DNA from: Octopus bimaculoides
Lineage: Eukaryota
DNA length: 64,000 nucleotides
NCBI RefSeq assembly: GCF_001194135.2
Contig: NC_068983.1
Span: 106,253,942-106,317,941 of the forward strand
Direction of reading: 5' to 3'
Of this stretch, positions 56,312-64,000 are shown one piece after another. The notes under the pieces are model-generated. The model was not told the origin of the DNA, ran no database searches, and saw only the letters and a list, made by a program, of their open reading frames with translations. Position 1 is the first letter of the stretch, and each line of letters starts with the position of its first letter. The position numbers and the translations under genes are program-made.

Positions 56312-58450
56312 TTGGCCCCCTGTCATCACTTAACGGTTTGGCAAAGAGACTGATAGAATAAGTACTAGGACTTTGTTCGACAAAACACTTCAGGGCTGTG
56401 CTCCAGCATGGCTGCAGTCAAATGACTGAAACAAATGAAAGAAAATTTACAATTCAAAATGGTTACCCATTGCTTTTACCATAGCCCTTAATATTTTCTC
56501 AACTGTTTTATCACCTCACAATTCTTTCTAGCAGCAACAATTTGTTCACATTCTTTTTTGAGCCACCATATTTGATTAAGAAGGACACAATAAAACAGAA
56601 AAATGTTAGGAAGCTTTATACAATATTTTGCAACTATTTTTAGAAATAAGAATATTTCAATTTATGTTTGAGTGAGTTAGGTAAGTTATCTTTAAATAAC
56701 GAGTAAATTATATGCTGCACACAACAGATGAAATGGTTTACTATGGACAATCAATCATTTGGTAATTTCTTAATTAGGCACAGAAAAGTCTTAAAGATAT
56801 CAAAAATAAAGATAAAGGAAATTTTGGCAAAACCCTTTTCACTAAGAAATAAAAATTGAAGTTTGTTTTACATCTAGGTTTCCATGTAGCATGGGTTAGA
56901 TGCACATATTACTGAGACATTGTTTTACAGCCAGATGCCCTTCCTATCACTAACCTTTACCTGAGTAAGGGATCTTATTTCACACATCTTTGAAGATGCA
57001 AAGCAAGTGGATGATCTGTTGACAGAAGAGTCAACATTGCTTATAGCAAGTGACTTTCGCAGAGCACAAATATAAACAAATGTACACAGGTACACATACA
57101 AATACACTGTGTGTGTGCGTGCCTATGTGTACCAAAATCACTCTCAAGACTTTGGTTGGCTTGGGGCTATAGTAAAAGACACTTGCCCAAGGTGCTGCAG
57201 ACTGGGACGAAAACTGAAGCTATGTGGTTGGGAAGCAGGGAAAACTACTGTAAATAAACTAATATTAGCAGCATTATTGAAATGTATTACTGGAAATGTT
57301 CAGTTGAAATTTTGGGAGGCATTCAGAACATTGAGGTCAAGTAAATACTGTAATCTGAATTTACTCAAAAACGTTTGATTAACAAATATGCTCTAATTGC
57401 ATGTTCCATGAAATGAATTTACATAATACAGGGCTGTCAGAGACTAGTTGAATTCCAGATCAGCTCTGACCAAGCATGTATATAATCAAGGTATTCCAGC
57501 CATGACTACCTCATCTTTTTTCCACATGTCAGGAACTCAAAACCACATTATACAATGTATCCTTTTCTACAACAGTATGATGATTTGAAGGAGACTTGAC
57601 AGCTATTTCTAACAAGTAACCATATATAGGATTGCCAAAGGCCAGTGTAACAGGATAGTGCTGATTATGGTTGAGCAAACCTAATATGTCAAGAATTTGA
57701 AATAAGGGAAAATTAAGAATGATAATATAGAAAAAAAAAAAACTGACTAAAATTTACCAATATAATTTATATTTTTACTAAGCTATATTATCAAAAATCT
57801 TTTATAAAATCACACCTGAGAATGAAGTTTCATCAACTTACCAAAATAAAGCACCAGCTGAATTAAAACAATATTCTGAGCAGCTGTAAAACCTGCAGAG
57901 TTTTCTTCATACCAAGTACTCCAGATTCCTACTGTAGCACCCTTACTGAGAAGAAAAAGACAAGAAAATAGTTTAAAGAAAATAATTCTTATGAAGTGTA
58001 GTTTCTCATGCATTCATACACATATCTTGCATGTACTATTAGATGTATGACTACTACTGTATGAATTAGAGCTCCACATAGATTATCATTATCCAGTCAG
58101 AATCCAGTATAGTGATTAAGATAAACATAAATATAAATTATTAGTTCCTACCTATGTTTCACCATTGCGATTATTTGAAACTCAACATTGGATGTTCCAA
58201 GTGCATTTGGATGTCTAACTTTAATTGATTATCAGAGATATACTTTATTCTAATATATGAAGTCAAGTCTCACTTCAGATATTAGATCTCCGTAACAGAA
58301 TGCAATAAAGTGTTCCCCTGATGATCCATTGCAGACAGACAGCCAAATACACTAGGAATATCCACTGTCAAGCTCCAAATAATTGCAATGGTGAAAAATA
58401 TGTAGGAACTAATAATTTATACCCAGGTTTATCCTTAATTCTCCTATATA

Positions 58451-58509
<59 letters not shown>

Positions 58510-58833
58510 ATGTATGTATGTATGTATGTATGTATGTATGTATGTATNNNNNNNNNNNNNNNNNNNNNNNNNNNNNNNNNNNNNNNNNNNNNNNNNNNNN
58601 NNNNNNNNNNNNNNNNNNNNNNNNNNNNNNNNNNNNNNNNNNNNNNNNNNNNNNNNNNNNNNNNNNNNNNNNNNNNNNNNNNNNNNNNNNNNNNNNNNNN
58701 NNNNNNNNNNNNNNNNNNNNNNNNNNNNNNNNNNNNNNNNNNNNNNNNNNNNNNNNNNNNNNNNNNNNNNNNNNNNNNNNNNNNNNNNNNNNNNNNNNNN
58801 NNNNNNNNNNNNNNNNNNNNNNNNNNNNNNNNN

Positions 58834-58874
<41 letters not shown>

Positions 58875-61660
58875 AGAAACAAAAAAGAAAGCAAAGAATT
58901 AAATTTAGACTACATCTCTGCTGCTGTTTTAGCATGGGTGGTATTGATTTCCAAATTTCAATATTTGCAGTGTGTTATAGCAAACATTTTTTACAGCAAG
59001 ATATCCTTTCTGCTACTAACTGCATGAGAAATAGATTGAGAAAAGAAGACTATGAAGTTAAATGCCTAAAAGTACAACACTATGATTGTAGCAAAATTTG
59101 AAATTACATTACTGTCTAATTATTTTAATCTCACAGCCATTGTGCTTCTATCTGAACAAGCAGACATACAATTGAATGTGCTCCAGTCTTTGATCACAGG
59201 TTCTTATATAGTTCCAGTGGTTAATTACATTACAAAATATTTGTAATGTATAGAATGTTAATAGATATGGAAACACTGATTTTTAAAGGATACACATGCT
59301 GAAGTATTTAACCCTTTTGCTGCAGAAACCAAATATATCTACTCAAAATTTCATTACTCTTAATTGCAGAAAGCAATCATATATACCAATCTATCCTTTT
59401 GTTGAAGAATGTCACATCTGAAACTGTGTTTTGATGAGATATGTCAAGTTTATTAAAGCAACATGACTTGCAGAAAATACCAATTCTATATTTTGGGTAG
59501 ATATTTAGTATCATTACTGAAATAACTATGAAATTTAATTTTGCAGTGAAAGGGTTAATAAATGATAATTTGAAACTTACTTTTCAGGGTTTAAATCAAA
59601 AGGATAACAAATCCCTTCTGCTCTATCACAGATAAAGTAGAGGATCAAAGCAAAACTAATGAGTGCCACTGTTACAGGAGGAACAAATCTAAATATGAAG
59701 GACAGCATGAAGTGCAGCAGCATCTACAAATAAAAAGTGACATAAATGGTAGAGCTTGAAACATTGTGTTTTGAAATTTAAAAAAAAAAAAAAACATGCT
59801 TACAAGGGAACCCCAATGTGGTTGTTCGTTTTGTTGGATATAGCAACCATATTACACTATCATTTAACAAAACACAAACAAAAACAAAAAAAAAAGAAAG
59901 GATAATTTAGTCTTAAATACATTCTCTAAAAATAATGTATAATGGTCACAGATAGAATGCTTGATCAGGGATGAACTAGGATTACACAACAACAATAATA
60001 TATAAAAACAGAAGACAGTGTAGTTCTTTATAGATTTACAGATGGAATACTTAGACACATCATTATTGTATCCTGGAAGAGTGGGTGATTTGGGTCTTGC
60101 AAAATACATTCTCATCCAGGCAACCTGACCAAAATTGATCAAGTCTTGGCCTATGTCCTAAGGACATTCTACCAATCCCCACCATTGCCTCCTCCCTTTT
60201 TTTTTCATCCAGAGCCAATCAGAGGATTTCTTGTCAACTACTACACTGCTCTTGAAGGCTCTTCTGCTGCTCATTCCCATAAGCCTTCCTAAGGGACCAA
60301 GCAACAAACTCATGACTACTCATTCCACTAGCATGAATCTGATCCTCTTTCATTTCTGCAGTAATCCTTCAACTTGTGATAAATCAACCTCTACTGCACT
60401 TGCAGACTCTCCACCCAATTCTTTCACAGTATATTACATTGAATTGTGTTAGCATTTATCTCAACATTCTGGTTCTCCATCTGAAGATGACACTAAACAA
60501 CCCAACCCAGCATTAACAAATTACCTTTCATCTACTTGTATCAACAGAAGTAAAACCAAACACATTCGGCACTCCTTCCCCTTATTAAGATCCACATACA
60601 TGGTATGTGGATCACACAACTCTTTCATTGCTCACACATTCCCTAGAAGTTAATCTCACATTTGCAGCTCTGCTTCCTGATAGGTAAGACCAGACTGTGA
60701 CAAGAAGCAGATCTTGAGTCTTGAAGGATGACTAACAATAATACAGGATGAGATAATGTAATATACACATTTTATGCTGTACTAATATTACTAGACATAA
60801 AAGGTGGCAAGCTGGCAGAATCATTAGCATGCTAGGCAAAATGCATAGTGACATTTCATCCATCTTTATGTTGAGCTCAAATTCTGCCAGGATCAACTTT
60901 GCCTTTCACTCTTTCAGGGTTGATAAAACAAGTACCAGTTGAACACTGAGGTTGATTTAATCAACTTATCCTCTCTTCCAAATCTACTGGCCTTGTGCCA
61001 AAATTTGAAACCGATATTGTTAGACATGGCACTTAGATTATGTAACAAGGAGAGAAAGAAAATGCAACAAAAAGGAGAAAAAAGAGTGAGTGAGACACAG
61101 ATGAGAAAGTAGAATAAGAGACACTTACTTGTTTGTTGATATGATCACAGCTCTTAACAGTAGCTAAAGTCATGTTACGAGGGTCAACAGGATTGCCCAT
61201 CAGACCCAGACTGAGCAGTGGTACAACGATGAAGATGAGCCACAAAATTTGATGCCCACTGATTGGTGGTGGTAGAAGGAACAATGTAGCCATCACTTGT
61301 ACAAGACTCAAAGACAGGTGGCAGCACAGCATGAATTGGAAGCAGTTTCCCATTGATATAACATGATTACGAGCCTTTGGGAGAGAGAATAATGTCAGGT
61401 TTAACAGATGATTACTCAAATAGTAGAAAGTGAATTGAAATTTAAATCCTAAAATATTTGGTTGCAATGTGAAAACTCCTACCTCAGCAATAAGTTGAAT
61501 GAGACTGATATTTTCATAATTCCTAAACAGCAATGGACAAGGGCTGGACATCAACGAACTAGCAAGATGTAAAGGGGTTAAATGAGTGTGGACTGGTTTC
61601 AGTTCTACATTTTGAGGCTCATTACGGCAGAGTTGTGGATATAGAGGCTCTATAGCCAAT
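51568..61660 (-). CDS. TMEM94: Transmembrane protein 94 (KIAA0195/ERMA), 3' seven coding exons; upstream exons lie beyond the right edge or in the gap
   Basis: complement(join(51568-51640,52980-53141,54218-54311,57842-57945,59581-59723,61129-61374,61483-61660)); GT-AG and phase-consistent; C-terminus RYQKRAHLAFETKLGMNSPF* matches the vertebrate TMEM94 C-terminus as I recall it (RYQKRQKLQFETKLGMNSPF). Confidence 0.93.
52222..52400 (-). mobile_element. SINE-like family C (young copy) in the last TMEM94 intron
   Basis: Near-identical to 29210-29393. Confidence 0.85.
52980..53141 (-). CDS. TMEM94: TMEM94 exon (LVFQVIFFLCDIAI...FSELVKHYEI)
   Basis: TAG/GTGAGT, 162 nt, phase 2-2; hydrophobic TM segments. 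Confidence 0.9.
54218..54311 (-). CDS. TMEM94: TMEM94 exon (VFISGSFVHRSEHVWKEPPYTNSLWASIVIT)
   Basis: AAG/GTACGT, 94 nt, phase 1-2. Confidence 0.92.
54470..54665 (-). repeat. Penelope-like short repeat, copy 2, between two (TA)n tracts (hammerhead-like motif)
   Basis: Shares GTATTAGTTTGACGCTCGGGAA and GCTCTTCAACA with 24835-25000. Confidence 0.5.
55357..55730 (-). mobile_element. Full-length SINE family B
   Basis: Reverse complement of 6731-7138. Confidence 0.85.
56038..56440 (+). mobile_element. SINE family B with a family C 3' tip and (GAT)n inserted in its head
   Basis: ...CCCAACCACAC|GCCCAACCCATGCTAGCATGGAAAGCGGACGTTAAACG(ATG)n|...CAGGTTCAGTCCCACT. Confidence 0.75.
57842..57945 (-). 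CDS. TMEM94: TMEM94 exon (KGATVGIWSTWYEENSAGFTAAQNIVLIQLVLYF)
   Basis: CAG/GTAAGT, 104 nt, phase 2-1. Confidence 0.9.
58114..58441. repeat. Fold-back element with ~110-bp imperfect inverted arms
   Basis: TATAAATTATTAGTTCCTACCTATGTTTCACCATTGCGATTATTTG (from ~58132) versus the reverse complement of ~58335-58425. Confidence 0.75.
59312..59554. mobile_element. piggyBac-like MITE (243 bp), TTAA TSD
   Basis: TTAA|CCCTTTTGCTGCAG ... TTGCAGTGAAAGGG|TTAA; subterminal inverted AAATAT(AT)CTAC.CAAAAT. Confidence 0.7.
59581..59723 (-). CDS. TMEM94: TMEM94 exon (MLLHFMLSFIFRFVPP...ICYPFDLNPE)
   Basis: TAG/GTAAGT, 143 nt, phase 0-2. Confidence 0.9.
61129..61374 (-). CDS. TMEM94: TMEM94 exon (ARNHVISMGNCFQFML...LPPPISGHQILWL...TVKSCDHINKQ)
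   Basis: AAG/GTAAGT, 246 nt, phase 0-0. Confidence 0.92.
61483..61660 (-). CDS. TMEM94: TMEM94 exon (LAIEPLYPQLC...SSPCPLLFRNYENISLIQLIAE)
   Basis: CAG/GTAGGA, 178 nt, phase 2-0; resembles the recalled vertebrate segment DPLYP...LPCSLTF...ISIIRLIEQ. Confidence 0.9.
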
Positions 61661-62307
61661 CTGGAATAATAATAATAATGATAATAATAATAATAATAAT
61701 TGATGATAATGATTTCAAATTATGGCACAAGGCCAGCAGTTTCAGGAAAGCAGGTAAGTTGATCACATCAAACTCAGGGCTCAACTGATACTTATTTATT
61801 AACCCTGAAAGAATGAAAAGCTAAGTTGACATGGGGGAATTTGAACTCAAAATGTAAAGATGCCAGCTTGCCTCCTAAATAATACTACTAATCCTTTCTT
61901 CTTCACACACATGGCCAGCAATTTCAGGCGAGGGTGTAAGTGAATTACATTGACCCCAGTGCTCAGCTGGTTCTTATTTTATTGAATCCAAAATGGTTGT
62001 AAGGCAAGGTGAATAAATTTTGATATTAATTCACACACACACACAAACACACAATGATGCATTTTAGTTCGTATATGCTACTAAACACACTATCATTGTA
62101 AAAACCTCGTGTTTGTATCTAATGATATTGGCATAATGACTCTCCCTAGATTGTAAATACTGCTACCCAATTAACATTTATGTGCAGTGAAAAACTGAGT
62201 CCATCTCATTCACATTATTGTCACTCTTTTGATTCAAACCACATGAAAGAAGTATATTCTTTGTTTATATATAACATGCAGTTATATAATTCAATATTGT
62301 TACACAC

Positions 62308-62525
62308 AAAATTAAAGTGAAGCAAAGCAGATTTCAAGATGTCAAAGAAATCAAAGTGAATGTGACGAGGCAGCTGCTGATTATCCCAGAAAACGAGTTC
62401 TAGAAATGCTTCCATCAATGAAAACAGCACTGGATTAAGTGTGTGGCTTCCGAAGGGGACTACTTTGAAGGAGGTTAAATGTTAAATTGGTACGTGTTGT
62501 AGTTATGTTTTTATAGCATCAGTCT

Positions 62526-62528
<3 letters not shown>
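62308..62528 (+). mobile_element. Mariner transposase C-terminal fragment
   Basis: SRFQDVKEIKVNVTRQLLIIPENEF*KCFHQ*KQHWIKCVASEGDYFEGG* is the typical mariner W.KC....GDYFE end; ends at (TA)n. Confidence 0.8.
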
Positions 62529-62569
<41 letters not shown>

Positions 62570-62574
62570 GTATA

Positions 62575-62612
<38 letters not shown>

Positions 62613-63429
62613 NNNNNNNNNNNNNNNNNNNNNNNNNNNNNNNNNNNNNNNNNNNNNNNNNNNNNNNNNNNNNNNNNNNNNNNNNNNNNNNNNNNNNNNN
62701 NNNNNNNNNNNNNNNNNNNNNNNNNNNNNNNNNNNNNNNNNNNNNNNNNNNNNNNNNNNNNNNNNNNNNNNNNNNNNNNNNNNNNNNNNNNNNNNNNNNN
62801 NNNNNNNNNNNNNNNNNNNNNNNNNNNNNNNNNNNNNNNNNNNNNNNNNNNNNNNNNNNNNNNNNNNNNNNNNNNNNNNNNNNNNNNNNNNNNNNNNNNN
62901 NNNNNNNNNNNNNNNNNNNNNNNNNNNNNNNNNNNNNNNNNNNNNNNNNNNNNNNNNNNNNNNNNNNNNNNNNNNNNNNNNNNNNNNNNNNNNNNNNNNN
63001 NNNNNNNNNNNNNNNNNNNNNNNNNNNNNNNNNNNNNNNNNNNNNNNNNNNNNNNNNNNNNNNNNNNNNNNNNNNNNNNNNNNNNNNNNNNNNNNNNNNN
63101 NNNNNNNNNNNNNNNNNNNNNNNNNNNNNNNNNNNNNNNNNNNNNNNNNNNNNNNNNNNNNNNNNNNNNNNNNNNNNNNNNNNNNNNNNNNNNNNNNNNN
63201 NNNNNNNNNNNNNNNNNNNNNNNNNNNNNNNNNNNNNNNNNNNNNNNNNNNNNNNNNNNNNNNNNNNNNNNNNNNNNNNNNNNNNNNNNNNNNNNNNNNN
63301 NNNNNNNNNNNNNNNNNNNNNNNNNNNNNNNNNNNNNNNNNNNNNNNNNNNNNNNNNNNNNNNNNNNNNNNNNNNNNNNNNNNNNNNNNNNNNNNNNNNN
63401 NNNNNATATATATATATATATATATATAT

Positions 63430-63615
63430 AAGCCTTGTGAGTGGATTTCGAAGTGCAGGCATGGCTGTGTAGTAAGAAGCTTGCTTCCCAACCACATGAC
63501 TCCAGGTTCAGTCCCACTGTATGGCACCTTGGGCAAGTAGCTTCTACTATAGCCTCAGGATGACCAAAGACTTATGAATGGATTTGGTAAGCAGAAACTG
63601 AAAGAAGCCCATCAT
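63430..63615 (+). mobile_element. SINE family B 5' half
   Basis: GGCATGGCTGTGTAGTAAGAAGCTTGC...GAAACTGAAAGAAGCCC. Confidence 0.75.
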
Positions 63616-63949
63616 ATATATATATATATATGTAAATAGTAAGGGATTACTCCAAACATTTACCAGTTTGCCCACGGTTAGGTATTTAAAATAGGTTATT
63701 TAACAGTTAATAATAGATTTATATCTAGCAATATTCTTATAAGATAAGAATTTTGAGATATATTACGTTGGATAATTCTGAATACTATGCCACCTTGTAA
63801 TAATCCCTATTATCATTATACATATATTTATATATATATACACATAGACATATACAAAACAGGCTTATGCACAGTTGCTACCCAAGTTTCACAAGAGCTG
63901 ATCTAGTTTTGGAAGATACTAGTCCAATAAGCAAAAGATAATACAATGA

Positions 63950-64000
63950 TGGTGCGTGGCTTAGTGGTTAGGAGTGTTGAGCTCACGATCATAAAGTCAT
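63950..64000 (+). mobile_element. Start of a tRNA-like SINE head, truncated by the window edge
   Basis: GGTGCGTGGCTTAGTGGTTAGGAGTG is A-box-like. Confidence 0.4.

Noticed and set aside
60120-60600. C-rich stretch with ORF 60231-60452, possibly a TMEM94 exon or separate gene
   Set aside because: The TMEM94 exons on either side join in phase without it, and no motif is recognisable; probably an old repeat remnant.
5483-63540. Long ORF-track entries filled with X (e.g. 7826-8842, 9570-10583, 25852-26368, 58368-59101, 62503-63540)
   Set aside because: They are open only because they cross N-gaps and (TA)n/(CA)n repeats; no coding signal.

Overview
AT-rich, repeat-dense animal genomic DNA from a gapped draft assembly, with 8 N-gaps mostly next to (TA)n/(CA)n tracts. 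The SINE and microsatellite landscape suggests an octopus or other coleoid cephalopod (inference). Two convergent genes can be reconstructed exon by exon with GT-AG junctions and consistent phase. (1) A complete MIPEP (mitochondrial intermediate peptidase, peptidase family M3) on the + strand: 19 coding exons, 15576-48384, 2139 nt = 712 aa + stop, HEFGH zinc motif. (2) The last 7 coding exons of TMEM94 (KIAA0195/ERMA) on the - strand, 61660 down to 51568, ending ...RYQKRAHLAFETKLGMNSPF*. The rest is transposon-derived: the 5' part of an L1/Tx1-like LINE (gag-knuckle ORF1 plus the start of the APE ORF2) joined to a tRNA-SINE head; a near full-length mariner relic and a second mariner fragment; a Chapaev/CMC-like DNA transposon relic; RTE fragments; piggyBac-like, Tc2/pogo-like and Tigger-like MITEs; at least four SINE-like families (working labels A-D); several long fold-back palindromes; and a two-copy Penelope-like repeat carrying a degenerate hammerhead-ribozyme-like motif. 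No CRISPR, rRNA or bona fide tRNA genes were seen. No clearly new multi-gene system was found; the best leads are RNA-structural and retroelement observations. Family assignments come from motif recognition, not database searches. Exon coordinates were counted by hand; repeat boundaries are approximate.
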